Shown here: positions 29,943 through 39,602 of the stretch, piece after piece
Layout of the letters: every line of letters begins with the position of its first letter
Position numbering within the stretch: position 1 is the first letter of the stretch
Assembly: GCA_015494465.1 (NCBI GenBank)
Contig: WGBD01000007.1
Location: forward strand, 67,009 to 131,008
Length of the DNA stretch: 64,000 nt
DNA from: Candidatus Omnitrophota bacterium
GTDB lineage: Bacteria > Omnitrophota > Gorgyraeia > S143-82
Reading direction: 5' to 3'
Position numbers and translations under genes: made by a program
The notes under the pieces: generated by a model
Databases searched by the model: none
What the model saw: the letters and a program-made list of their open reading frames with translations, nothing else
What the model was told of the DNA's origin: nothing

Positions 29943-31154
29943 CTAAATAGTGTCCAGAATCTCCCTTATGCTCGAGACAACGCTATCTGGGGGAAAGAGT
30001 ACCTCGTCGTTTTCTTCGGGAGCCTCTCCCAACAGCACCGCCTTTATCCCGACCTCCTTAGCGACTTGGAGGAGTCCGAGATCACCGGAGATCATCAACG
30101 AATCCGCATAACTGACCCCGTTGAATTCCAGAAGAATACCTTCTACCTGCCGTTTTATCTCTCCAACCTCCCCTTTAACCACCAACCGCACCCTATCGTC
30201 GGCAAAAGACAGAGCACCCTCGGGACCAAGCACCACCACCAGATATCCTGAATACAAAAACCTCTCAACCACCGCGTTCAACTCGTCTCCATCCACCACC
30301 TCACCGTCCAGGACCACGATAGCCTTGACCCTAAGTGAGGACAACATATCCAACTCCCGCATCTTGAACCAGGTAAGGATCTGGTATAATCCCGCACAGA
30401 AACTTATGTACAAACCGACCAGACCCGCCCTCCAGCCCCCCTTCACGGTGTACTCCTTCAGGAAGTGGGAGAAGAACTTGCGCACCGCATTAAGCCCGGA
30501 ATACCTCCTCCCTAGGCGTATCCTCTTTCTGGCGTCCAGGTCCGTTTGGGCATTCACCTTCCTTATAAGATCAGAAAATCCCGAATAGGAAAAGTGTAAA
30601 ACTACCCCCTCCTCCGGGGACAGGGTATAGGTCTTCCCTTCCGAAGCAACGATAGAGGGATGGACCTCCTCCTCCTCGCTAAAGCGCACATACCGGCGGT
30701 CAAAGAGGCGCAACTGATAGGCAGGATCCCATCCCGGATGCCTCACCCAGAGGTTGCCAATAAAGATTCGCATAGGCAGGTTGATCCCCACAATTGTCTC
30801 CTTCTCCAGCCACCCTCGCCTTTCCATGAGTGAGGCAATTGTTCGGGCCAAGGTGGGAGTAACCAACTCATCACCGTCTATAGAGAGGATCCAATCGTGT
30901 TTCGCTTTAGCGATGGCCCAGTTCCTGTGCCTGCCTTCTATGTCCATCTTTCGTTGAAAGACGCGGGCACCCCAGTCCCTTGCGATATCAGGGGTGCGAT
31001 CCGTACTGAAGTCGTCCACGACCACGACATCGTCCACCCACCTCAAGGAGTCCAAAACCCGACGGATGTTCCTCTCTTCGTTCTTCACCACCAGGACCGC
31101 AGAGATAGGGACCTTCCCCAGACCTCTTTTCCCACTCATCCCAAGTACCTCCAA
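29943..31154 (-). CDS. fusion of a family-2 glycosyltransferase (N) and a HAD-superfamily hydrolase-like domain (C)
   Basis: The N-terminal GT2 has ISAVLVVKNEERNIRRVLDSLRWVDDVVVVDDFSTDRTPDIA and SIDGDE. The C-terminal 130 aa (KAIVVLDGEVVDGDEL...GIKAVLLGEAP) resemble a HAD phosphatase fold. Confidence 0.6.
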   Translation of the reverse strand: MEVLGMSGKRGLGKVPISAVLVVKNEERNIRRVLDSLRWVDDVVVVDDFSTDRTPDIARDWGARVFQRKMDIEGRHRNWAIAKAKHDWILSIDGDELVTPTLARTIASLMERRGWLEKETIVGINLPMRIFIGNLWVRHPGWDPAYQLRLFDRRYVRFSEEEEVHPSIVASEGKTYTLSPEEGVVLHFSYSGFSDLIRKVNAQTDLDARKRIRLGRRYSGLNAVRKFFSHFLKEYTVKGGWRAGLVGLYISFCAGLYQILTWFKMRELDMLSSLRVKAIVVLDGEVVDGDELNAVVERFLYSGYLVVVLGPEGALSFADDRVRLVVKGEVGEIKRQVEGILLEFNGVSYADSLMISGDLGLLQVAKEVGIKAVLLGEAPEENDEVLFPPDSVVSSIREILDTI

Positions 31155-31900
31155 AGATTTACCAACAGATAAGCCAGTCCCACAAAGGCAAGGAGCACGC
31201 CCAGATACCTGCGGTGGTGCTTTCTATTTAGACGACATCCCAAGCGGGCCCCTATCTGGGCCCCGAGGAAGACCACCGCCCAGTAAAACAACACCTCATG
31301 CGAAAATTCAAATCGTCCCCCGCTTACGTGCCCCAGAAGCCCCGACAAGGCGGTAAGCCCGACCATCAAACTGGATGTCCCCACCGCAACCTTCACCGGC
31401 ACTCCAAGGAACAGGACCATCAACGGGACCTTAATCACTCCCCCGCCGATCCCCAAGAGCCCGGCCACGCCCCCCGCAAACACCATGGCGAGCATCCCCA
31501 GCATCCACCGACTCCTATCCGGACTCACTTCCCTCTCCTCTGCCTCTTCACCGCTCATCATCTTATAGGCAGACAGAAACAAGAACCCCACGAACAGGCC
31601 CTTGGCAATCCCCTCCGGGAACCACGCGGAAACAAACCCGCCCAAAAAGGCTCCCACCAGAGTGGGCAACTCCACCGCAAGAAACAGCCTCCACGAGACC
31701 AACCCCGCCCGGTGATAGACCAGAAAACATGACAGCGAACTGACGAATATCATGCTTTGACTCACCGCCACCGCGGTGTGGAAGTCAAGACCGCTCAGGT
31801 TCAACAAGGGCACATAGACGGTTCCCCCGCCCTGCCCGAACATCGGAAAGACGATAGAGGTCAAGAATATCAGGAAACTAATAGGCGTGAGGATGGGCAT
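31136..31900 (-). CDS. TauE/SafE (TSUP) family anion exporter-like permease
   Basis: The 254-aa protein has two 4-helix repeats with GGG/G-rich motifs (FGQGGGTVYVPLL, LLGIGGGVIKVPLM). Confidence 0.75.
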   Translation of the reverse strand: MPILTPISFLIFLTSIVFPMFGQGGGTVYVPLLNLSGLDFHTAVAVSQSMIFVSSLSCFLVYHRAGLVSWRLFLAVELPTLVGAFLGGFVSAWFPEGIAKGLFVGFLFLSAYKMMSGEEAEEREVSPDRSRWMLGMLAMVFAGGVAGLLGIGGGVIKVPLMVLFLGVPVKVAVGTSSLMVGLTALSGLLGHVSGGRFEFSHEVLFYWAVVFLGAQIGARLGCRLNRKHHRRYLGVLLAFVGLAYLLVNLWRYLG

Positions 31901-32780
31901 TATCGTAGACCTCCCTCAGCCTGTCCACCGTGAGGTGGGTGTAGATCTGAGTCGTAGAGATGTTCTTGTGTCCCAACAACTCCTGAACGGTGCGCAGGTC
32001 CGCCCCTCGGTTCAGCATGTGGGTGGCAAAGGAATGCCTGAGGCTGTGGACCGACAGGCCCGGCCTCCACAACCCCGCCTGTATCAGACGCCTTTTTACT
32101 ATGTCCTCTACAGACCTGGCAGACAGCCTCCTACCAAATCGATTCACGAACAGGGCATCCTCTGCCCGATCCGCGACCTTTGCCCTAACCTCCAGATAGG
32201 CCCTGATCGCCTTACGGGCCCAACTCCCCAACAGGGCAAGCCTCTCCTTCCGCCCCTTGCCGAACAGTCTCACCACCCCGGAATCTAAGTCCAGATCCTG
32301 CAGAGATATACCCACCAGTTCACTGACCCTGCAACCGGTTGAGTATATGGTTTCCACTATCGCCCTGTCCCTCCTACCGGAAAAGTCGTCACCGAAGTCC
32401 ACATTCAAGAGCTGATCTATCTGCTCCTCGGTAAGGAAGTGAGGAAGACGCCTCTTCTGCCTCGGATTGGGCTGGTCCGCAAAGGGGTTGTCCTCAACTA
32501 CCCCCCGGGCTTGCAAGAACCGATAAAAGGCCCTCAATCCCGACAGCCTGCGGGATATCGACGAACCCGAAAGGCCCCTCCTCCTCAACCAGGACAGAAA
32601 CAAACGCAGGTGGAGGGGATCAAGGCTGGGGTTAAAATCACCACCCCGATGTTCTTTTAGAAACTCCAGAAAGGCATCTATGTCTTGGCGATAACCCTTG
32701 ACGGTCTGGGGAGAGTAGTTCCTCTCGCGGGAGAGGTAGAGCAGAAACCTGTCTTTCCACCAGGGCAAAGATCCCGGCAC
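31878..32780 (-). CDS. tyrosine site-specific recombinase XerC/XerD
   Basis: The catalytic C-terminus is LRHSFATHMLNRGADLRTVQELLGHKNISTTQIYTHL, with an R...HxxR...Y pentad and an N-terminal core-binding domain. There is no flanking phage or IS content. Confidence 0.85.
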   Translation of the reverse strand: MPGSLPWWKDRFLLYLSRERNYSPQTVKGYRQDIDAFLEFLKEHRGGDFNPSLDPLHLRLFLSWLRRRGLSGSSISRRLSGLRAFYRFLQARGVVEDNPFADQPNPRQKRRLPHFLTEEQIDQLLNVDFGDDFSGRRDRAIVETIYSTGCRVSELVGISLQDLDLDSGVVRLFGKGRKERLALLGSWARKAIRAYLEVRAKVADRAEDALFVNRFGRRLSARSVEDIVKRRLIQAGLWRPGLSVHSLRHSFATHMLNRGADLRTVQELLGHKNISTTQIYTHLTVDRLREVYDNAHPHAY

Positions 32781-32797
32781 CGGGCCCCTTCTCTGGC

Positions 32798-33013
32798 TTA
32801 CTTCTCCTCCAGATACTTCTTACCGTACTTCTTGACGAACTTTTCCACCCGCCCCGCGGTGTCAACGAACTTCTGCTTGCCGGTGAAGAACGGATGACAG
32901 GCAGAGCATATCTCCACCCGGATCCCGGGACGAGTAGATCGGGTGTGTATCACATTCCCACAGGCACAGGTGATAGTGCACTCGACATAATCCGGATGTA
33001 TACCCTTCTTCAT
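32798..33013 (-). CDS. rpmE: 50S ribosomal protein L31
   Basis: The sequence is [64 protein letters not shown], with a zinc-ribbon CxxC...CxxC. Confidence 0.95.
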   Translation of the reverse strand: MKKGIHPDYVECTITCACGNVIHTRSTRPGIRVEICSACHPFFTGKQKFVDTAGRVEKFVKKYGKKYLEEK

Positions 33014-33050
33014 ACTCCATCACTCCCCTTCTCTGACTAATTATGCAGAG

Positions 33051-33078
33051 ATTTTACTATCCTTACAAAATATTTCAA
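33051..33078 (-). promoter_or_regulatory. candidate sigma-70 promoter for rpmE
   Basis: The minus strand reads TTGAAA - 16 nt - TAAAAT. This is followed by GGGGAG (SD) and the rpmE ATG. Confidence 0.35.
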
Positions 33079-33104
33079 GGATTTTTCATCCCCTCAGGTC
33101 AGGT

Positions 33105-34211
33105 TTACCTGTCTATCTCCGGTGGGCAGATGCCGAAACTGGACAGGTATATGGGGACATCCTCTATCCGGGCCCCTTTGAGCATCTCCTGTATCATAGC
33201 AGTCCCGGTGGTGTAAGAGGGCCCTCGGACATGCACGCGATAGGGGTTTCCACTCTTGCCGTCGAACCGCATGTAATAGCCGTACTCCCCGTTGGTGGAC
33301 TCCACCACCTGATAGGTCTGACCCGCGGGAGGAATCCACTTCTTGTAGTTTATCGGCTTGTTGAAGACCTTGCCCTTGGGCATCTTATCCAGGACCTGAC
33401 GGATGATGTCTATGCTCTGCTCTATCTCCATCCGCTTTAATATCATCCGGGAATAGGCATCTCCGTCCTTGAGGGTTACCACCTCGAAGTCTATCTCCGG
33501 ATAGGCCTCGTAGGCGTAGATCTTTCTCATGTCCACCGGCTTTCCCATCGCCCTGACCGCGGGACCGGTGAGACAGTACTTCTTGGCCAGTTTCTCGGTG
33601 ACCACGAACCTGCCCTTGGTCCGGAAGACGAAGAAACTGTTGTGGTAAAAGGTCCGGTCGTAATCGACGAGTCTCCTCTCTATGTAATCCAAGACCTCCC
33701 TCACCCTATCCTCAAACCCCTCTGGCAGATCCCTGCGCACCCCACCGGGGACTATGTAGATGTGATAGACCCGCGCTCCGGTCAACCACTCGAACAGGTC
33801 CAATATGAAGTCCCTGTCCGCAAAGGCCCAGTTCATAACCGTGTATATACCAAGTCCTCCGCACATGAACCCGAGGTTCAGGAAGGTCGCAGCGATCCGC
33901 GCCAGTTCCAAGACCATCGTCCGGATGTACTTTGCCCGCGGGGGGACCTCTATCCCGCATATCGCCTCTATACAACGGGCGTAGACCTCCTCGTTGATGT
34001 CCGGCTCGGGTACGCATATTCGGGGTATGATGGAGACATTCTGCATCAGGTTGCGGTGCTCCATCAACTTCTCAAAGGAGCGGTGCAGGAAGCCGTACTC
34101 CGGCTCCATGTGTACGATGGTATCCCCCTCCAGCCACAGGTGCATACAGGAGTTACCCGCAGCACCGGGATGGTTAGGGCCTATGAATAACTCAACCCTT
34201 CTTTCCGCCAT
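33105..34211 (-). CDS. NuoD / [NiFe]-hydrogenase large-subunit homologue (Mbx/MbsL-like) with degenerate NiFe site
   Basis: The 49-kDa-family fold starts at MAERRVELFIGPNHPGAAGNSCMH. At the N-terminal ligand position, RICVPEP replaces RxCGxC. At the C-terminal position, FGICPPEIDR replaces DPCxxC. Only 2 of the 4 NiFe cysteine positions are therefore kept. The ORF track start at 34256 would overlap nuoC by 65 nt. The start chosen here is the internal MAERRV. Confidence 0.8.
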   Translation of the reverse strand: MAERRVELFIGPNHPGAAGNSCMHLWLEGDTIVHMEPEYGFLHRSFEKLMEHRNLMQNVSIIPRICVPEPDINEEVYARCIEAICGIEVPPRAKYIRTMVLELARIAATFLNLGFMCGGLGIYTVMNWAFADRDFILDLFEWLTGARVYHIYIVPGGVRRDLPEGFEDRVREVLDYIERRLVDYDRTFYHNSFFVFRTKGRFVVTEKLAKKYCLTGPAVRAMGKPVDMRKIYAYEAYPEIDFEVVTLKDGDAYSRMILKRMEIEQSIDIIRQVLDKMPKGKVFNKPINYKKWIPPAGQTYQVVESTNGEYGYYMRFDGKSGNPYRVHVRGPSYTTGTAMIQEMLKGARIEDVPIYLSSFGICPPEIDR

Positions 34212-34689
34212 AGTCCCTCTCTCCGTAGTGTTCCAAAGAGAACCTGATGGAATCAAACGACTTCCTCATCGGGAACCGCGGATGGGCAGGATCGTTGCCC
34301 TCGAATATAAACGGCTTATCGTAATCCGGATTCCCTGCGAAGTGGAGCCCGAACATCTCGTATATCTCCCTCTCGTAGAACTGCGCGTGGGGCCACAGGT
34401 GCATCACCGTGGGCTGGCGATCGGTTTCGTAATCCAACAGGCATGCCAGGAACAACCTCTGCTCCATAGAGAAGGAATAGAGGTTGTAAATCAACTCACA
34501 GTGCCTGTCGTCTCCCAGATCCACGCAGGTTATCGTGGCTAAGTAATCAAAGCCCGTCGCATAAAGGTCCTCTATTGCCTGCGGAACCTTATTCTTATCC
34601 AGCCGGGCGTAGAGGATCCCACCTGCCTCCTCTTTCACCTCTGCAGAGAGACTCTCTAAAAACCTGATTAAGTCCTTTTTATCCTTCAT
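34192..34689 (-). CDS. NuoC-like (30 kDa) subunit
   Basis: The 165-aa ORF has LATITCVDLGDDRHCELIYNLYSFSMEQRLFLACLL...ERE(I)YEMFGLHFAGNPD, typical of NuoC/MbhK. Confidence 0.8.
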   Translation of the reverse strand: MKDKKDLIRFLESLSAEVKEEAGGILYARLDKNKVPQAIEDLYATGFDYLATITCVDLGDDRHCELIYNLYSFSMEQRLFLACLLDYETDRQPTVMHLWPHAQFYEREIYEMFGLHFAGNPDYDKPFIFEGNDPAHPRFPMRKSFDSIRFSLEHYGERDYGGKKG

Positions 34690-34702
34690 ACCTCACACCT
34701 GC

Positions 34703-35248
34703 CTATACATCCGCGAGTATCTTCCTCTGATTTGCCTTGTACCAGTCGTAGCGTTCGGCGTAGTCTATCCACCCGCCGGGCAGTTTCTTCCTTATCCTCT
34801 CCTTTATCTCCAGTATCCCCTTCAAGACCGCCTCGGGTCTGGGCATGCAACCCGCAATGTAGATGTCCACCGGTATGTAGTCAGAAAGGCGGTTGATGGT
34901 GATGTAGGAATCCCAATAGTGTCCACCGTTGATGGTGCAGGAGCCAAATCCAATCACATACTTGGGGGCCTGCATCAACTCGTAGGACCATATCACCCGC
35001 TTGAGGGTCTTTAGAGACAGGTACCCGGTAATCAAGAGGACATCTGCCTGCCTCGGCGTGGCCATAGGGGCTATGCCAAAGCGGGTCATATCGTAACGGG
35101 AGGTCATCGTCGGGGGCAACTCTATCGCCCCGCAACCGGTACAGTAGTGGAGCAACCAGATAGAATTCTTACGCGCCCAGTCCCAAAACCCCCTCAATAT
35201 CGCGTTGTTTTCCTTTGCGTACTCTACATGCTCTGGGCACTGAGCCAT
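34703..35248 (-). CDS. NuoB-like (20 kDa, hydrogenase small-subunit homologue) with complete 4-Cys Fe-S site
   Basis: The four cysteines sit in HYCTGCGAIE, GFGSCTINGG and IAGCMPRPE. These are the N2-type [4Fe-4S] ligands. Confidence 0.85.
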   Translation of the reverse strand: MAQCPEHVEYAKENNAILRGFWDWARKNSIWLLHYCTGCGAIELPPTMTSRYDMTRFGIAPMATPRQADVLLITGYLSLKTLKRVIWSYELMQAPKYVIGFGSCTINGGHYWDSYITINRLSDYIPVDIYIAGCMPRPEAVLKGILEIKERIRKKLPGGWIDYAERYDWYKANQRKILADV

Positions 35249-35265
35249 AATCTATACCTCCGACT

Positions 35266-36168
35266 CTAAAACACCTTCCAGCCCAGATAGAGGAGCCAAC
35301 CTATTAGTGCCAAGACCACCGGTTTGGTCCAGTACATCTTTACCGCCCTCTGGGTAGTGGTCCTGGCCATCACCGCGCTTATCCATATCAGGACGAAGAA
35401 GACCGCCAGCATCTTCAGGTAAAACACCACGAAGTTGCTCGCCCCGCCCAAGAACAGGTCCACGAACAGGGCACAAGCGGTGTAGTAGTGAAGTGCCATG
35501 TAGATGAACAGGTACCCCAAAAACTTCCCCGAATACTCCACCATCGGCCCGGACGCGATCTCACTGGGGGCGATGATGATGTCAAACGGGTGTTTACCCA
35601 TCTCCGCTATCATCACCCAGAAGTAGACCACCGCAAACAGGGGCATTTTCACTATGTACCAATTGCTAATCCCTCCCGCCTGAGCGGATATCACATCCAT
35701 GAAGTTTGCGCTCCCGGTGTAGGAGATGATGCCCAACAGCACCATCACCAACGGCAGGTCGTAGCCCATCATCAACATCAGGGCGCGGGATATACCTATG
35801 CTGGCGTAGGGATTCTTTGCCTGGGCGGTACCCAAGGCCATCCCCAAGGGGGCAATCGTGAGTATGTACATCAGGGCAACGATGTCCGCCTGGGTGGACA
35901 GGACCGGCCTGTTGGCGAATGGAACGAAGTAAACCACCAGAGCAGCTCCCGCAAGGGCCATCCACACCCCGAGGTCAAAGACCCATCCGTAGGAGACCGG
36001 TCTTTGCTTGGAGAGCAACTTCACCACATCTATAAACGGCTGAATCAACGGAGGTCCGTACCTGCGCTGGATCCTCGCAGTTATTCGAGTACCGATACCC
36101 ATAAAGGATATCCCTATGAGAAAGCAGACTATAGGCAGACCAATCATCCCCAGTACGGTCATCGTCAA
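35266..36168 (-). CDS. NuoH / HycD / MbxM-like membrane subunit
   Basis: The 300-aa ORF has 8 helices. The motif RITARIQRRYGPPLIQPFIDVVKLL is the NuoH-family signature. Confidence 0.85.
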   Translation of the reverse strand: MTMTVLGMIGLPIVCFLIGISFMGIGTRITARIQRRYGPPLIQPFIDVVKLLSKQRPVSYGWVFDLGVWMALAGAALVVYFVPFANRPVLSTQADIVALMYILTIAPLGMALGTAQAKNPYASIGISRALMLMMGYDLPLVMVLLGIISYTGSANFMDVISAQAGGISNWYIVKMPLFAVVYFWVMIAEMGKHPFDIIIAPSEIASGPMVEYSGKFLGYLFIYMALHYYTACALFVDLFLGGASNFVVFYLKMLAVFFVLIWISAVMARTTTQRAVKMYWTKPVVLALIGWLLYLGWKVF

Positions 36169-37757
36169 CTCCCTTTACTGACCAGCAGAGACAATGCCAC
36201 TATCAATCCGCTCAAGGTCAACATTATGTAGGCCCCGTAGGTTGCCAACCGACCGTTGTACAAGCCACGCAAGACGAGACCGAGCCCTGCTATGTACTCT
36301 TTCCAGAACCCCGCCAGCCAGCCCAAAGAGAAGAGGTCCACGAAGGCCTTACCCAACCTGTTTACCGGAGCGTAAAAATTATAACTGTAGTCCCACAATC
36401 TTATCTGCTCAGGCAGATAGGCCGCTGCGGTGTATCCTTCGGTATCCGGGGCGTAGCGATGCTTGGGGAGAAGAATCCAAAACAGGATCACTACTACTCC
36501 CAAAAGCAGACCAAAGACCTCCAATACAAGAGATAAATTTACCAGACCTATACTTGTCTTGGTTATAGTTACTGGATCAAAAATTCCCGTGAGGGCTCTA
36601 CTTGTTAGACCCATAAACGGTTTCACATATGCTCCTATCAAAAAAGAGACCAGTCCCGAAACGACAAGAGGGATTATCTGTAGGGGATTCATCTCCTTAA
36701 CGAGGGAGATAGACGCCTTCTTTCGGCCCAAGAATATAGAGTGCAAGAGCCTATAAACATACAGGAACGACCCCACCCCGGCGACGAAGAAGAGGAGCAC
36801 CGGAAGGAGTCTGCCCTTGGAGATGAAGGCCTCGTACATAAGCCACTTGGAATTGAATCCACCCATCGGAGGGACACCGGCAAGGGATATCCCCAGCATA
36901 AGGAAAAAGAGGAAACTGACCGGCATCCTCCTGACGAAGTCCCCCATAGCGGTGTACTCGGTGGAACCGATCTTCCTCCAGATGTAGATCACCACGCTGA
37001 ACATCCCCAGTTTTATCAACATGTGATTTATGTAGTGCAGGACCGCACCCGATACGCTCACTGCCGACCAGAGCAGTACGCTGGCAAATATAAAGGTCAC
37101 CTGAGACAGGCTGGAGAAGGACAGGGCCTCTATTGCGTCCTCGCTCCCTACCGCCTTGAATGCAGACCATATCGCGGTAATACCCGCAAGGTATATAAAC
37201 AGGTTCTGCCATACGGCCAGATTCGGCAGGGAGGGCAACTCGGATACGGTGCGCAGGATCCCAAAGACGCCCAACTTACTGATTATAGCGGAAAGGAACA
37301 ACACGAACCGTTTGTCCGAACCCGTATACAGGTCCCCAATCCAGAAGTTGAAGGGTATCACCCCGGTCTTTACGACGAACGGCAGGCAGAACAGGGCTAT
37401 TGCGGTTGGGCCTGCCTTTGCCAGAGAAGATAGTGCAGTGGATCCGGTTACCGCGTAGGTATAACCTATGGCTGAGAGCATGGCAAACTCGCCCAAGAGG
37501 GATACCCACAGATACCCAAAGGCCTTGCGAGGATTGTTGCTCAAGATAAAGGTAAGCCAGGTGCTCGCGGACCAGAAGAGGAAGAAGTAGAGCATGTCCT
37601 TGGTGGAGTAAAGCCCTACCAGTACCAGGGTAAGGAGCAATATACCGAGAATAGGCCACGGCCTGCGGGTATACCTATCCCCAGCCAACAGGAAAAGTAT
37701 CTGCAGGCCCGCCAGTCCCAGAGTCAGCCAGGTAAACAGAAGCCCCAATCTATCCAT
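36165..37757 (-). CDS. proton-conducting antiporter-like subunit (NuoL/M/N / MrpD / MbxH' family)
   Basis: The 530-aa protein has about 14 helices and the conserved antiporter core (LSGAVLHYINHMLIKLGMF, WLMYEAF). Confidence 0.8.
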   Translation of the reverse strand: MDRLGLLFTWLTLGLAGLQILFLLAGDRYTRRPWPILGILLLTLVLVGLYSTKDMLYFFLFWSASTWLTFILSNNPRKAFGYLWVSLLGEFAMLSAIGYTYAVTGSTALSSLAKAGPTAIALFCLPFVVKTGVIPFNFWIGDLYTGSDKRFVLFLSAIISKLGVFGILRTVSELPSLPNLAVWQNLFIYLAGITAIWSAFKAVGSEDAIEALSFSSLSQVTFIFASVLLWSAVSVSGAVLHYINHMLIKLGMFSVVIYIWRKIGSTEYTAMGDFVRRMPVSFLFFLMLGISLAGVPPMGGFNSKWLMYEAFISKGRLLPVLLFFVAGVGSFLYVYRLLHSIFLGRKKASISLVKEMNPLQIIPLVVSGLVSFLIGAYVKPFMGLTSRALTGIFDPVTITKTSIGLVNLSLVLEVFGLLLGVVVILFWILLPKHRYAPDTEGYTAAAYLPEQIRLWDYSYNFYAPVNRLGKAFVDLFSLGWLAGFWKEYIAGLGLVLRGLYNGRLATYGAYIMLTLSGLIVALSLLVSKGS

Positions 37758-39246
37758 CTATGTCAACCCCTCCCTTGTAGGCAGAGACATCGTAAACGGT
37801 CTGGATGTATTCCTGCTTGGGTGTAAACCTCAATCGAGATAGATCCACACCTTTCTTCACCCCGTACACCGCCAAGACACCTGCACCCAACATCAACAGG
37901 GACAAGACCCACAAGGACAGCGCCTGCCCCGGGCAATCCTGTCTGCCCTCACCTTTTGCCGTCAACATAGCGGAACTTATGCGCATCAAGTAAATCGCTT
38001 CCAGGACCATAACTGCCAAGACTATCCCCACCAGTGCGTACATGTTTATGGCCAAGAGACCAAATACCAACGCGACCTTGCCCCAGAACCCCAGAAAGGG
38101 CGGTGCCCCCACGAGAGACAGGCCTCCCACCAGTCCCACCACCTTGTCGGAGAAGGCACACTCCTCGGCAAACCGATCCAGGTCCCGCGATCCGCTCCTA
38201 TCTGAGACCGCTCCCACCGAAAGGAAGAGCCCTCCCTTGGCCAACAGGTGGTTAAGGAAGAGGAGCACCAAGGCGACACTCCCCAGATCAGGTCGGGACA
38301 GACCAACCGCAAAGGCCATCAGCATCAGACCTATCTGCCCCGCCGAGGAATAGGCGAGCGCCCGCTTGACATCCCTCTGATAGAACCCGACTATCTCCGC
38401 AACCACAAAGGTCAACACCCCCAGGAGCAGCAGGGTCTGGCCCACCAGCAAGACTGCACCTTTGTCGAGGAAGAACAGGCCCACCAACCGCAGGAGCACA
38501 TACAACGCGGACTCTATCACTATCCCCGACAGGAGCGCAGAGACCGGGAAAGGCGCTGCGGGGTGGGCATCAAAGAGCCAAGCATTCAAAGGGAATACCC
38601 CGCTCTCCACGCCCAATCCTACCAGTATCAACACGAAAACCACCAGTTTAAACAACGCCGGCCAACTATTTGATAGATAAGATATCTGAGCCAGATTGAG
38701 GGTACCGGTCTTTCCGTATATCAGGGCTATGGCCAGCAGGAACAGAGAAGAGGCAACCGAGCCCAGGACGAAGTACTTGACGCCTGCCTCTATGGACTCC
38801 CTCTTCCTGTAATAGGCCACCAAGGCGAAGGAGACCAGACAGACTATCTCAAAGAAGACGAATACGTTGAACAGGTCCCCGCTCATTATCAGGCCGTTGA
38901 GCCCCGCCAAGAGTATCATCAACAGGCCGTAAAAGCGCCAGGAATACCTCGTGCCCGAACCTATAACCGCAAGAAACATCAACACATTCACAGAGAACAA
39001 CCACAAGCCTGCCAGAGGATCCAGGAAGAAGTTGATACCCAGAGGAGGCCTCCATCCCCCGAAGACTACCACTATGGAAGATCCCTTTAAGAGCGACAGC
39101 AGTACCTTCCCCGCCAACACGGTGGTTATCAGCGAGGTCAGGGCGGAGAATGCCTTTGCGGGGCGGTTCCCCAACCTGCCCACGAACCACATCAAAAACC
39201 CGGCCAGCAACGGCAGGGCAAATGTGTAGACCGCTAATTTCGTCAT
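37750..39246 (-). CDS. proton-conducting antiporter-like subunit (MrpD / MbxH family)
   Basis: The 498-aa protein has about 14 helices with the antiporter-core motifs (FFEIVCLVSFALVAY, LFLNHLLAKGGLFLSVG). It is the second paralogue in tandem. Confidence 0.8.
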   Translation of the reverse strand: MTKLAVYTFALPLLAGFLMWFVGRLGNRPAKAFSALTSLITTVLAGKVLLSLLKGSSIVVVFGGWRPPLGINFFLDPLAGLWLFSVNVLMFLAVIGSGTRYSWRFYGLLMILLAGLNGLIMSGDLFNVFVFFEIVCLVSFALVAYYRKRESIEAGVKYFVLGSVASSLFLLAIALIYGKTGTLNLAQISYLSNSWPALFKLVVFVLILVGLGVESGVFPLNAWLFDAHPAAPFPVSALLSGIVIESALYVLLRLVGLFFLDKGAVLLVGQTLLLLGVLTFVVAEIVGFYQRDVKRALAYSSAGQIGLMLMAFAVGLSRPDLGSVALVLLFLNHLLAKGGLFLSVGAVSDRSGSRDLDRFAEECAFSDKVVGLVGGLSLVGAPPFLGFWGKVALVFGLLAINMYALVGIVLAVMVLEAIYLMRISSAMLTAKGEGRQDCPGQALSLWVLSLLMLGAGVLAVYGVKKGVDLSRLRFTPKQEYIQTVYDVSAYKGGVDIDG

Positions 39247-39602
39247 CCCGCCAGATCCTTCAGTTCAGAGACATCGGTGGTACCAAACCGCCTGTGCATC
39301 CACACCGCCATCCCCAGCCCAACTGCCAGAAGACCGAGTCCTATGACGATAGCGGTGAGCACCAAGGCCTGGGGCACCGGATCCACGACCTTGCCGACTG
39401 CAGAGGCCTGCAGTTCCTTGCTGAACAATATTGGGGCAATCCTTCCCCGCACATAGCCGATACTGACGATGAGCAGGTTCACCCCCGACTCTAGTACCGA
39501 CAGACTTATCAGTATCTTTACAAAGTCCCGGTTCAGGAAGACACCCATCAGTCCCAGACCTATCAGAAACACGCTAAGGGCGTAGAAGTCAAGCGCGTTC
39601 AT
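39243..39602 (-). CDS. MrpC / NuoK-like (chain 4L) subunit
   Basis: The 119-aa protein has 3 helices. The motif LSVFLIGLGLMGVFLNRDFVKILISLSVLESGVNLLIV is characteristic of MnhC/NuoK. Confidence 0.8.
   Translation of the reverse strand: MNALDFYALSVFLIGLGLMGVFLNRDFVKILISLSVLESGVNLLIVSIGYVRGRIAPILFSKELQASAVGKVVDPVPQALVLTAIVIGLGLLAVGLGMAVWMHRRFGTTDVSELKDLAG

Noticed and set aside
31878-32780. Integrase / mobile-element call for the tyrosine recombinase.
   Set aside because: It is an XerC/XerD-type protein with a core-binding N-domain. It is flanked by rpmE and a permease, with no phage, IS or att-like repeat context. It is a chromosomal dimer-resolution recombinase.
33105-34256. NiFe-hydrogenase large-subunit call for the NuoD-like gene.
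   Set aside because: The N-terminal RxCGxC and C-terminal DPCxxC ligand motifs are reduced to single cysteines (RICVPEP, FGICPPEIDR). The complex is Mbx/complex-I-like, not a hydrogenase.
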